NCBI RefSeq assembly: GCF_009914755.1
Contig: NC_060937.1
DNA length: 64,000 nt
DNA from: the human T2T-CHM13v2.0 reference genome, Homo sapiens
Direction: 5' to 3' (one strand)
Positions 27,364 to 41,741 of the stretch are shown here, piece by piece. A model generated the notes under the pieces. It saw only the letters and a list, made by a program, of their open reading frames with translations, was not told the origin of the DNA and searched no databases. Numbering within the stretch: position 1 is the first letter of the stretch; every line of letters begins with the position of its first letter. The position numbers and the translations under genes are program-made.

Positions 27364-28174
27364 TGTCATATAAAAACAAAAATTCAACTGGACAAAGTTA
27401 AACAGTCAAGGAAGATTAAATGCAAGGCTGGTGCAATAGGAGAGAGAGACAAGAACTTAGTCTGAGCTCAACTCTGCTGAAAGGAAGGGCTGGAGAGTTT
27501 TTAAGAGCTGGGATAGAGAGCATTACAGGCCACCAGTTCTTGGTAATTGGCCTTACCCAAAGGAAAAGTACACCTTCTTGTATCTTCATGACAGGAGGTA
27601 GTTTAATAACTTGGAATGAGATGCCCTCTGAAGTTAGATTCCTACTGTCCCAGAGAAACTGAAACATAGGGCCACTACATTTCAAAGAGATGGCTTCCAA
27701 GTTCTTAAGAAAGATCACATGTTCTCACTCATAGGTGGAAATTGAACAATGAGAACACTTGGACACAGGAAGGGGAACATCACACACCAGGGCCTGTTGT
27801 GGGGTGGGGGAAGGCGGGGAGGGAAAGCATTAGGAGATATACCTAATGTAAATGACGAGTTAATGGGTGCAGCACACCAACATGGCACATGTATACATAT
27901 GTAACAAACCTGCACGTTGTGCACACGTACCCTAGAACTTAAAGTATAATTTAAAAAAATAAATAAATAAAAAAGAAAGATCGTCCAGCGACGGTTCAGT
28001 GTTGTAACACCGACAAGAAGTTTTTAGAAAGATTTACATCTTAAAGGAACAGAGAAAGATTTTATGATTACAAGTTTCTAATGTAAATGAACTAAGGAAA
28101 AGGAAGTCAGGGGCCTAAAGGCCAGAAGTATGTCTAAAGTTTAGTCAAGCTAAATATCAAGGCCCTCTTGGTCA
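27364..28174 (-). mobile_element. ERV1-class solo LTR (MER31/MER67 family), split by L1PA
   Basis: TG...CA termini. Ends tctaaagtttagtcaagct...ggccctcttggtca. Confidence 0.65.
27717..27972 (+). mobile_element. Short 5'-truncated L1PA (young primate L1, about PA3-PA5) 3' end
   Basis: catgttctcactcataggtgg...gtaccctagaacttaaagtataat plus an A-rich tail. Perfect 10-bp TSD aagaaagatc at 27707-27716 and 27973-27982. Confidence 0.95.
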
Positions 28175-28233
28175 CCTGATACGCATGTGGGTACAAAGTT
28201 CACAGCACAGGTTTAAAATTATGAAGTGGGCAA

Positions 28234-28573
<340 letters not shown>

Positions 28574-28889
28574 TCACAAATGGAGCCCATATTGTGTACT
28601 TGAAATCAAGTCCAGATGTACTTATTTCAAATGTTCCATCATCTCTTTGGGCCTCAGAATCCTAATGTAGAAAATAAATACTTGAGGTAATTTTCTGAAC
28701 CTCTTAGAGTTATAACCCTTCCTCTTTGCAGTGTAGTCAATTCTTTAGATCTAAATTTGAATGCGAGTTCACAGGGCAAAATTCTAGGCACCTTAGCATC
28801 AAGTGTTGGCTTTTTGCTATGAAACATCCAGTAGCAATTTGCCTTGATGTAACTAACCAGGCAATTGACAAATCTCTTGGGTGGATGAG

Positions 28890-29065
28890 TGTTTCCGAAA
28901 TTAAGTTAGTGACCAAAATCAGTTGAGGATTTTGAAAAATACAAATTTTCAGACTCTGCCCCTGGCTACTTTGATTTTATAAATTTGACGTTGCTTTAGA
29001 GAATTGAAGTTTTTGTAAAACATCCCAAATTACAAATAATCAGACATGTTTGGGAACTAGTGGAT
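28890..29065. mobile_element. MER5-type hAT-Charlie MITE relic
   Basis: aaaatacaaattttcagactctgcccc...gtttgggaactagtgg resembles MER5A/B. Confidence 0.5.
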
Positions 29066-30162
29066 GAAGTTAACATTGCAGTGACAACATGTCACATGAG
29101 ATAATTATGAGATCTGATGTAGAAATTGTTCCCCTCTGTTCTAGTTTCTATAGTGATTTTTTTACATTTTAGTGTTTATAGAATAAATTGCTTCACTAGT
29201 CAGTACACTGGAGAAAAGCAAAGACACTTTATAAAAATGTTCACTATTCATAATTATTCCTACAGGCTTTCAGTTTCACAGTCTAATATTGCCAAAATAG
29301 AATGTATCAAATAAACAAGAAAACTGGCCTATTACATTTGTTATAAATTCACTAATATCTTTTAAAGTGGGAGGAATGAGAGAATGACTTTAACCCATCT
29401 CTCCAAGCCACCCAGCCTGAGGCCTTTGGTTTGTTGAATAAACGAAAACGTGGCCACTTCAGAGAAGAGCAAGGCTTCCAGCACCTTCCCACAGCCTGAA
29501 TTCCATTAGCATGAGACTTTGAAACCACATCTGTTTTTCCTTATGAAATTCAAACAATTGTCTAACCTCTTGGCTCTTAAGTCAAATGTTCAAGGGCTCA
29601 TATGACAACACTTTGTTGTATATAAAAATTTGTTAAATTTAAATTGCTTTTGCAAAAAAGAGGAAAAGGGGGAATAAATAAATAGCTTTAAGGCATCTGG
29701 TTAGGATCTGCACAAGGTTGCATTCTTTCCATGTCTCCAAAAGGTTTGTTCTATCTGTCACCCATCACTTCACTGGAGTTCCTGCAGGCAGCAAAATCAT
29801 GCAGAAGTTCTTTGTATAGAAATACAGTGTCTGGAGCCTAGTCTGACTTCCTGTTTGGCTGGAGCTGAGCTAGTCCATGGATAGGCAGAAAGCAGCTGTA
29901 GGAATCTGTGTTTAGAGTAGGGCTGTTTAGTAGACACAAGGGCAACCCACAGGGACCTGTGACACATCTCTATTGAAATATGGCATGATGTGCTGATTTG
30001 TTTGTCCAAGATTTAATTATAGATGTTTAGCAGGGTTGCATAAACAACAGAGGGATAGGAGAGATAAGGAGGGAAGATTCAGGGAAAAAAATCAGTGGCT
30101 TATATTTTTGATCAGATATATTATGTGCCAGAATGAATCTCTATCATGCTTTGAGATTTGCA

Positions 30163-30183
30163 TGTGTGTGTGTGTGTGTGTGT
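30163..30183. repeat. (TG)n microsatellite
   Basis: Read directly from the sequence. Confidence 0.9.
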
Positions 30184-30584
30184 AGACACATCAAAGGTCT
30201 ATACAATCTTTAAGGTTTTAAATTCCTTCAAGGAATTTTAAGGTCTTAAACTTTGAAGTCGTATAGACCTTTAACCTCTATAAGGTAAAGGGGGGAATTT
30301 AAAAGAATTTAAAGGATGGAAAACTTCAACTGCTTAAAACCGAGAAATCCAGGTATTTGAAGCATTATGATTTTTGAATTAAGAAAATAAATATTAGTTT
30401 CATGTTATAGATACTTCCTTTATATTTGCTACTATATAAAATTGAATGCTAATAGACAAAGAAAAATGTATAGTTAAGATAGTTTAAAATGATCAATATT
30501 CAGCAAAACCTCAGACAATCATAGCAATGACTTCAAGCTCATAAAACTTAGAAATTTAAGTTTTATAAGCCTATCTGATCTTAG

Positions 30585-31090
<506 letters not shown>

Positions 31091-33364
31091 TCTAAGCTTT
31101 TAAATGCTCTCTGTCCCTATCCTGAATCTAGAGTCTGAGGTATGTATGTATGCATTATGTAAATTAAAAGCTTTTTAAGTATTTAAACTCAACCAGGCCA
31201 CCCAGAGGCAAAAAAAAAAAAAAAAAGTACTGTTTTTACTTCATGCTCATAGCAAACCAATACCTCTTTGACCTATATTCTGTCTACCCTGTTTCTATTT
31301 ATATCTATTGGAAGTGGTTGGTGATTTAAAAAACATATTTTTGTACAACAAAAGTTTTCTATGAAAAATTGCCGGGCAATGAATGTGATTACTTGGCAAG
31401 TGAATGAGTCAGATGGGGATGATCTAAATCATTGCATCCTAGATTAAAGTGCAAACTGGCATTAATGCCTAGCGTGCCTCAAGTAAAAAAAAAAAGGAAG
31501 GGAAAAATTTTTATTAGGTAGACATTTCAGCCAGTTAATTGAGTTGGCTGCCTTTTTTTTAATCCATGGAGTTGCCTTGTTGATTTACTATTTGTGCTGG
31601 TGTGATATAAACACAGGCTGAATATTAGTATATAATAATAGCAAAAATTCTATGTAGCTCTAAACGTGTTAAACCACAACCATATAAAGATAAAAGGCCC
31701 TTATGAGTCACTGAGCCCCACTTAATATAGGTACCCCCATCCCTGTAATGATGTATAGTCTAATTTTCTCTCTAAACATGCAAGGAAACTGAAGCTGAGT
31801 TTAAGTGCTTTAAGGTTAGAAAGATGTTAGGCCTCAGACTTCCCAATCTTAAACCCACTCTTTTTATTTCAATCATGTTCCCTCACAGTGGCCTCTGCTT
31901 TACTCTATTATAAAGTGGTTTATACCGTCAACTACCAAATGGCAACAAAATGTGAAAGGGGAAATTATCTATGTATCAAGAGAAACAGCAAGGTACAATC
32001 AAAAGGAAAACTTAAGTGGTGTTAAAGAGTACTTAGATTGAATCCTGGATTCTTCATGATTTTACAACCATCCTCTCCTCCTGCCAAGCAGCGTGCATAC
32101 CTCTGCGTGCATATAAACTCATGACTGACACAACTAAGCTCCTGCCTTGCATCCAACCTGATTGTACACTCCCCATCCCCTTATGCAATCTCATTGCCTC
32201 TTTCATAGTCACAGTGGAGATATTTCCAAGATGCTTTGAATCTATATTTTATTCTCAGGGGAAGAAAGGAACCCTGGTCATAAGGATTCCCTGCTAGCGG
32301 GGCAAAGACAACAAGCAGATCCATGACAGGAAATACTAGGGTTGACCAGGTACACAGTCTGCATGGGTTTAAACTGTGCAAATAGTGACGACAGGCTCCA
32401 GTACACAACAGCTCAGAATCTCTCAAAAGTTTGGAATCCCTCATTCCTGCCCTACAAATTCCAGCTGCTGAAGCTGTTAGCAATTTGCTAAAACTATATT
32501 TTATTAAAGATAGTAATAAAAAGTGATGTAGTGAAGAAATGTAATCCCTCATACCCAACTCCCTATCGTTATTAGAGTCTCCTTCAAGTTGATGGCTTTG
32601 ATCATTGGTGATGCAGAACTACTGATGTGGGCGTGAAGGCTTAAATTGAGCTTGGTGTCATGTAGTTATTCTTTGTAGTCAAAGATGCTGCTGATGCTGG
32701 CATTGTTTCCTGCACTTTGCTTCTTAGCATTAGCTGTATTTACACACGACCTGATTTTTAGCAGAACTTGGATGCAATTTGCAGCATTGTTTGCATTAGC
32801 TTTTTACACTGGGAATTAATGACAACTTGAGTAATTGTCAGTTCCTAGAGAAAGGCATTTTGTGGCAATCATAGTTTCAAAAGCTACATTTTCCCTAGGG
32901 TCTATGTTACAGTTTAGGTGTCATTAAGGGCATCATTTATATGCACAGGGAAGCTCATTAGCAGTACTGGGGCTTTGTGATATTATTGGGTGCCTTCCTG
33001 TTTCCTGAGTACTCAGCCTCTTTGGGAACAAAATCTACCACAAAGCTGGTGAGGCTATTCATTTCACTGTCCCCAGCTATTTTGGAAGCAAAGTGTTGTC
33101 TGTATCAATATGTAACTTTTATCCAGCTTATATTCATTTTCTCTCCAATTGTCCTTTGGATATAGTTTTAGGAGGTTTTGTTTTGTTTTGTTTTGCACAG
33201 AATACTATAGACAATTTAGTGGTTTTCCTTGTTCTGGCAATTAAAGTTCATGGTTATAAATTCCTCACCAAGGGGCTCCTTTAGAATACCTGAAATGGGT
33301 TTCCCACACTTCCCCACTCATTCTAAAACTGACATAACTGGGTACATACCAGAGTGGATAGAGG

Positions 33365-33560
33365 AAGTCTGGGACTAGAAACCAGCCAGAATTGCCCAAT
33401 GTCTGCACTGCTGCACTGTGGCCCTGCAGACCTGTTTTTATCCGTCTAAGCTTTAGTTTCTCTGCCTATTAAACCTATGTATCCAACACCAACTTCATAG
33501 GATAATTGTGAGGATACAATTGAAAGACATCTATGAAAGTGCTTAGTGCAGAGAACATTT
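33365..33560 (+). mobile_element. MIR SINE
   Basis: ttagtttctctgcctattaaa...cttcataggataattgtgaggat...tatgaaagtgcttag. Confidence 0.65.
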
Positions 33561-34456
33561 GAGAATTGATGCTAAATAAATAATGATAATATTTAGTAAT
33601 GCTTTCAAAAGTTACAATCTACATTTACATACATTGTATTGATCCTCTACACTCTTTTAGTTGGGTAGATATTATTATGATTTCAACATTAGAGTGGGAA
33701 AATCAAATTTAAAATGGGTAAAAAGGTTTTGTGTATGTTCATAAGCACTCAAAACCAAGTCTTCTGACTGGGTCACCAGTCTCCACTGTAGTTTTAACTT
33801 TCCCTTGCTCATTGGCTTGTAGTATATGTCACAACCTTTGCTCCTCCAGGCATATTGTTGTGCCTTTCTGAGGTTTTCATTTAGGACCTTAACTGTACTG
33901 AAACACACACAGCTGCCAAATGCTCAGGCTGTATATTTAGAATATTTTGCTCAGGGAGACATATGGATTTCACTAGAAGTCACCTTTTACTTCATTCTGG
34001 AAGACTTCACAAATCCAGAGAAAATTCCAGAACAACCCACAAAAGAAGATCCAAATCTAGTAAATCACAATTCCCAGAGCTGGGATAGCCATCTTTATGT
34101 TAAAAACATTTGTAGTGTACTCTGAGATGGTCAAAATTCAAAAATCACCAGAGTAAACTGTCTCCTATGAATGGCATGTTTTAAAAATCCTATTTCTTGC
34201 TAACTTTTTAGATTAAGAATGAGTAATGAGCAAATCTGAATGAGAATGCAGTAATTCATCCCAAATTCTTTTGAACTTCTACTACAGTTTATAGGATTAT
34301 GAGCTTTTGTACATTATACTCAAAATAAAAATTGCCAGCTTATTTTTATATCTTTGGAAGTAGATAAATATAATATCACAATGTGTCCCAGTTAAAGACC
34401 AAGAGACATTTAGACTTGTAAGACTAACTCACTCATAGCTGGATTCATTCGATCTG

Positions 34457-35621
34457 TTTTTAATTTTTTTCAGTTTCTTAAACAGCATTAAGATATAATT
34501 GACTTGAAATAAACTGACATTTAAAGTACACAATTTGATGAGTTTTCACATATATACACACCTGTGAAACCTTAATCATGATCAAAATAATAAACATGTT
34601 CATTATTTCTAAGCAAGATAATAAACATACACATCACTCCCCAAATTGCTCCTGTGAACTATTGTAATCTCTTTACCCAAGGATTCTCCAAGGAGGATCT
34701 TCAGCCTCTCCTTCTCACTCACTCACAGATTTCCTCTTTGCCTTCTATAATTATAGATGAGTTCTGCTATTGTTAATACAAAACTTCATATAAACGGAAG
34801 CATACGGCATGTACTCATTTTTTGTCTGACTTCATTTACTCAGCATAATTTGCTACAGTGTATATCAATAGTTCACTTATTATATTGCTTACTAATGTTC
34901 CACTATAAAGCTATACCACAATTTTGATTATCTATTTATCTTCTGATGGATGTTTAGGTTGTTTTCAGGTTGGAACTATTACAGAGAAGGTTGCTATGAA
35001 TATTTATATGCAAGTCTTTTACAGAACTTATGCTTTTGTTATTCTGGGTAAACAGCACGGCAAGCTTGTCTGTGTACTCTACTCAATACTCTGTGAATCA
35101 TGAAGTTTTCCAGCCTGGCTTGTGAGAACAAGCACTGTTCCTGTAAGTTATGAGCACTGTTGTCTCTAATTCTTCTGAGTAGTTCTTTCTCTACCTCAAG
35201 TTTTTTTCTTACATGCTTGCACTGATTAGTATGGCACTGAAGAATCATGAGGGTCCTCTGAAGACCTCCAGAAATTTATCTCATTTCTGCAGCCCCCTCA
35301 TTGTAGAGTACCACCCCACAAACTCTATCTGCCTTGTCTCCTTAGACACCCAGTTCTATCTCTTCAATTCAGGTTGTCCACCAGGCTCTGTATGGACTTT
35401 CCTTCTCGGCTCGTGGCCTGGGGCTCTCTTCAGGCAGTGAGCTAGTGCAACTGCAAGGCTTACCTTACTCATTTTCCATCTCTAAGGGATTCTTATCCTT
35501 CCTTGCCAGTGATGTTCAGTGTCTTGAAAAATACTGTTTCATTCTTTTTGTCTGTATCTTGGTTATTTCAGGTGGATGGTAAATCTGGTCCCTGTTACTC
35601 CAGATTGAAAGCAGACATCTC
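34457..35621 (-). mobile_element. Old L1 (L1MD/ME type): 3' end (to about 35052) joined to a 5'-UTR-like segment
   Basis: tttaaagtacacaatttgatgagtttt...gctatgaatatt (3' end), then ...ggtaaatctggtccctgttactcca (5'-end-like). Confidence 0.7.
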
Positions 35622-37681
35622 TAATCTATTATTAGATTTTTGAATCAAGCTTTGGGATATACAGGAATATTTTGCAGGTAACTTTTGTTTTCTTTTACAC
35701 CGTGGGAACAGGAAGAGAAATGGCAGGGATAAGATTATAAATCTGAGTAGGGAGCCCTGGGATTTCCCTTTCCAGTATTATAAGGCTGTTGTTATTTTCC
35801 TTTATGTTGTATGTTTCAGATGGAGAGTGGAATTTAAGTTGTGGAAGACTTGGCATGTGATAAAACTGAATGCAGCTACAGACTGTTTGGAAACAGATAA
35901 CACTAATGAGGACCTGGGAGAGACTGAAGACTTAGAAAGGTAGCTAACTTCTACTATCACACCACAGTGGCTCTGGGGTTCTAACAGGGGTTCTCCCTGA
36001 CTCATCGCCAAACAAATGAAGAAATGCCATTCAAAAATCATAACTATGTTATTCTCTGCAGCCACAACACTTGCTGCTATTACTCTCCACAGTGCAAAAA
36101 ATATATATATAAAAATTTACAAATCAATAATTACACAAACTGTGAAATATAGCAGTGATTTTGTTTGTTCTGTGAGTGTAAAAAAGACTTTTTATTAAGA
36201 TATAAATCAAATTATAAAAAAGAAAACACAAACAAATGAAAAATAGTTGACATTTTAATTGCATAACCTCTCCACATAAACCTGTTTATTCATGTCAACA
36301 CTGTACAGCTTAAAAACACTTTGTGCTTGCTTTGCTCTTTTAATATTTGAATTTTTGTCTAGTTGGTTTGTAGTTATGATGTATTTTTCTAAGCATCTAT
36401 AATTATTTGGAAACAAAACCAGAAATTTCCAATGGAAAAAATAATACCAGAAAATTAGAACCCATGAAAAAGTAGTATGCATTTGAAACCATGGCTTTTG
36501 GAATGAGAGTAGATTTTGTGATGGAACTCTTGCAGATAAATGATCTTTTCACACAAAACACATTGAAGCAAATGGAAAAAACCTGACATTCAATGTTGAC
36601 AATATTTGTTTGCTAGGAAATAGTGCTCACTGTTAAAGGAATACGATGAATCTATTCCATTTGTAAAGAAAACTTTTTTTTAGTTGTTCGGAACCAGAAA
36701 TATAAAAAGAAATGTTTGCATTTATGAGCTTACAGAATGATCTGAACAATTCTGCAAGCAGAAAAATAAATCCATGTAGATAATAACATCCAGAATGATG
36801 CAGAAAGTATGAATGTATTGTTTCCATTAACTCAACTGAATGTGATACAATAACCACTGGAATAATAGTGGTCTGGCTGTCACTTTGGGTAAAATGCCTT
36901 CATAAAGCACCAAAGACTGTCTTAATTAAAGACAGTCTCTTCATTTCCATTTTATCAGAGAGATGACTGACACTAACCTAAACAGAGTTATAAAAATGCA
37001 TCTGCAGCAAATCAGGGTTAATTTTCACATAATTGAGTGGTCAGAAATAATGATAATGTTGATAATGGGTAGATGTCTAATGGTTTCTCCAAAGTTTAGG
37101 AAGGCAGAGCAAAGACCTTTTTACATATAATGTCATAATTATCATTTAAAAGTAATTTAAATTAGTTTCTGACAAAAAATTGAGGAGTTCCAAAATTGTG
37201 TGAATATTGATAATTCTTTACACAATAGTATTCTGACGTCTGCAAAATAAATGACACTATTTCAATGCATTTATAAGCAATACATTGAGAAGGTTATGTA
37301 GTTCATAAAAGATAGGTTGAATTGCATGTTAGCATAGATTCTGTGAGCCCTAAGAAATTGAAGATAATACTGAAATATTAGAAGTGGTATCAAATGAATA
37401 TCTCAGATATAGAGGTGACTGGTAAATGCAATAATTTGCTGAATTTGGTTTTCAAATTGAAAATTATTATTTCTCTAAAAAATTTTAGCACAAGTTCAGT
37501 ACAAATATTAGGAAACCTCTTTCTGAGGAACTTCAAAGTAAAACTATATATTTTTATCTAAAATGGAAATTTTGTACTGTTTAACATCTTTAAAAAATGG
37601 GGGATGTTTCAAAACTTGACAGCTAGAAGAAGTAGTATACTTCCTTAAATTCCTTTTCTAAATCTAAAAAGTTTGAGAGTT

Positions 37682-38505
37682 AATAAAGAAACTGTGATAT
37701 ATACATGTGTGGAATGTTATTGACCCTTAAAAGAGAAGGAACTCCCGCCATTTGCAACAACATGAAGAAACCTAGAGAACATTGTTCTAGGTGCAATAAG
37801 CCAGACACAAAAGGACAAGTACTATAGGATCCCACTTATACTAGGGATCTAAAATATAAGCAGAGAGTAGAAGGGTGGTTACCAGGGGCTGGGAGAGCAG
37901 GAAAGAGGGAGGTGTTGGTCAAAGGGTACAACATTTTAGTTGTGCAAAATGAGTAAGTCTTAAAGATCTACTGTATAACATAGTGGCTGTAGTTAACAAC
38001 ACTGTATTATATACTTAAAAATTTGGGCTGAGCGCAGTCGCTCATAGCTGTGATCTTAGCACCTTGGGAGGCCTAGGCAGGTGGATTGTCTGAGCTCAGG
38101 AGTTTGAGACCAGCCTGGGCAACATGGCAAAATGCTGTCTCTACTAAAAATACAAAAAAAAGAAAAAAATTACTCGGGCATGGTGGCACACGCCTGTAAT
38201 GTCTTGAGCCCGGGAGGCGGAGGTTGCAGTGAGACGAGATTGCACCCCTGTGCTCCAGCATGAATGACAAGAGTGAGACTCTGTCTCAAAAAAAAAAAAT
38301 GCTAAGAGGGTAGATCTTACGTTAAGTGTTATTATCACACAAAATAATAAAGAGTGCAGAAGGAAATATTTGGAGATGATAGATAGGTTTTTATGACACA
38401 GATTGTTATGATGGTTTCATGGGTATATACTTATCTCCAAACTCATCAAATTGTATACATAATATATGTAAAGCTTCTCATACCAATCATACCTCAATAA
38501 GCTGT
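37682..38505 (+). mobile_element. L1MA10/L1MB-like 3' end, split by an Alu
   Basis: gccatttgcaacaacatg...aataagccagacacaaaaggacaagtact...atacctcaataa. Confidence 0.85.
38026..38299 (+). mobile_element. Alu with a ~30-bp deletion in the right arm
   Basis: cacgcctgtaat runs almost directly into cttgagcccgggagg. Confidence 0.92.
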
Positions 38506-38693
38506 TTTTTCTTTAAAAAAATCTTCAAAAGAAAAAATATTTCTTAAAAATTTCACATTTTTTTCTACTTCATCAAAACATAATACAACTCATATTTAGG
38601 TTTCAGGACTCTTTAAATTGAATGAAAATGTAGTTTAAACAATGGTTAAATCTGTATAAATGTTTTAAAGACTTAACACAAATAAGATTACAC

Positions 38694-38996
<303 letters not shown>

Positions 38997-39140
38997 TGAT
39001 TATTGAGGGAACTATGCAATGTTTGGTTTCATCATAGAACATGATCAATAATACTTTTTGCTTCTGAGAGCTATCGCATGTTGTGTTATTTTCACCAGTC
39101 TCTACATCAGCACCAAATGCTCATTTTCTACCTTCTATCA

Positions 39141-39142
<2 letters not shown>

Positions 39143-39176
<34 letters not shown>
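39143..39176. repeat. Poly(A)34 tract not attached to an Alu or L1
   Basis: Read directly from the sequence. Confidence 0.95.
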
Positions 39177-39178
<2 letters not shown>

Positions 39179-39366
39179 CTTCCTAATACCAAGGAAGAAG
39201 ACAGATTTAGTGTTTTGAAATTGAGGGTTGTTGAACAGACATTGGTAAACAATGTATCCAGCCTGAAAGTCTTTTCATTCCTGGAGGAGAGGTTTCCAAC
39301 TTCTGTTTGAACAGGGATAATATGGTACTTTTCAAAGCTCAACCATAAAAACTGTACACTCCATGA

Positions 39367-39876
<510 letters not shown>

Positions 39877-39939
39877 TAGTGATCAGACAAATATTTCATT
39901 ATTTTTCTATATAACCTGTAATCTCAGTCATAATTTAAA

Positions 39940-40580
39940 ACATTTTTTTGAATTTATAACTGACAAATAATTATACATATTTATGGGGTACAATATGATG
40001 TTTCAACACATGTATATGTAGTATAGTTATCACATCAGGGTAATTACCATATATATTACCATAAATATGTATCATTTCTTTGTGATGACAACATTCAAAA
40101 TCTTCTATCTTAGCTGCCTTGAAATATACGTCAAATTATTATTTGATATAGTCACTTTACTGTGTAATAGAACACCAGAACGTATTCTTCCTGTCTAAAT
40201 GTAACTCTGCACCTGGTTACCAGTCTCTCTCAGACTTCCCCACTTTCTTTCCCAGCCTCTAGTGACCACTCTTCTACTCTCTATTTCTCTGAAATCAACT
40301 TTTTTGGATTACACATATGAGTGAGATCATGCAGTGTTTGTCTCCCTGTCCCTGGCTTATTTCACTTAACATAATGTTCTCCAGGCTCATCTATGTTGCA
40401 GCAAATAAAAGGATTTCATTCTGTTTTATGGCTGAATAGTATTCCAATGTGGGATATATACCACATTTTCTTTATTCATTTATCTGTAGATGTACATTTA
40501 GGTTGATTCTATATCTTGGCTATTGTGAATAGTGCTGCAGTGAACATGGGTGTGCAGATGTCTCTTCAACACACTGATTG
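39940..40580 (-). mobile_element. L1MA 3' end
   Basis: catatttatggggtacaatatgatg...gagtgagatcatgcagtgtttgtc...ggctattgtgaatagtgctgc. Confidence 0.9.
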
Positions 40581-41741
40581 CAATAATGCCCAGCTTTTGG
40601 TCCAATAACTGGAATTTTGGCAGCACCAGGAATTTTCAAGTTCCTTATACCATCTGCCCTAGTGAGTACTGCCTTATTTTCTGTTAGTGAGACTTTTAGG
40701 TAGCATACATCTGATTTACGTAAGAAAAGTATGCATGGGGGAAATTTTTTCTATTTATAATAATAGATAGTCCCACATGTGAAATGGTAAGGCAGAGACC
40801 AAGAAAAATGGGATATTTATAAACTTAATAATTAGACGTTTTGCTGTCAATTTGGGAAACAGAACTGTTTTAAAATTGATCTTTTTTAATCACTTCTTAT
40901 TTTTTTAACCAGGTATTGAAAATTCAAAATCTATTTACCATACCTACATTTTCCCAACATATAGATTGAATTCACAAGATGTCTTAGACTTCTCATGCAT
41001 AAAAATTACCAAAAATGGTCCCAAGTCTTGTTCTTTCTTACGTCCCCATTATAAAGTCCATTTCAAACAAATTTTACTTCATATTTTTATTTAAAGGATA
41101 TGTGACTTTCTGTTATACACTTAAGGAAAAACTGTTTCAAAAAACTTTCACAATAATCATATAGTCCTTTTCGGTCCTATTGGGTTGAAATTTCTAATGC
41201 TGCTATTAAGCTCTAGATATTTTTTATGCCTTTATTTTCCATTTTTAGGAGTTGAGAAGGAAGTGGGGAGAGACCATATTCTCTTCCTACTTCCAAGTCT
41301 CTGTTCTCACAAAATATTGCATCACTGATATAATAAATGGTGGATTTAGCCAAGCAAATAGCCACTTCTGTTGTAATTTGCCTTGGAAGGCATTAGCATT
41401 GTAAAAGGGTTTTTTGTTAGCTCATCAAAGGAATCTTCACATTTCTCTCTAATCTGCCCATATAGTTTCATTGTACAACACAAAGAGCTATACATAAGGT
41501 AAAGGACTTTTCTTAATATATAGTACATAAGAAAGGAAAGTGAAGAAATGACTTTTTCCTGCTCCCGCTGGTACCCACAATCCCATTCTCCCAAACTTGG
41601 TCCCAAAGCATGCTCCTTTTCTGTGAATGGCATCTCCTTTCTTAAGATGGAAGTTGTCAGTAATGGTCTTTGTATTAAATGCTGTTTTTGTGTTGTGACT
41701 TGGCTAGGCCTCACCCTCTAATTTGATTCTTGTTTTAGTGT

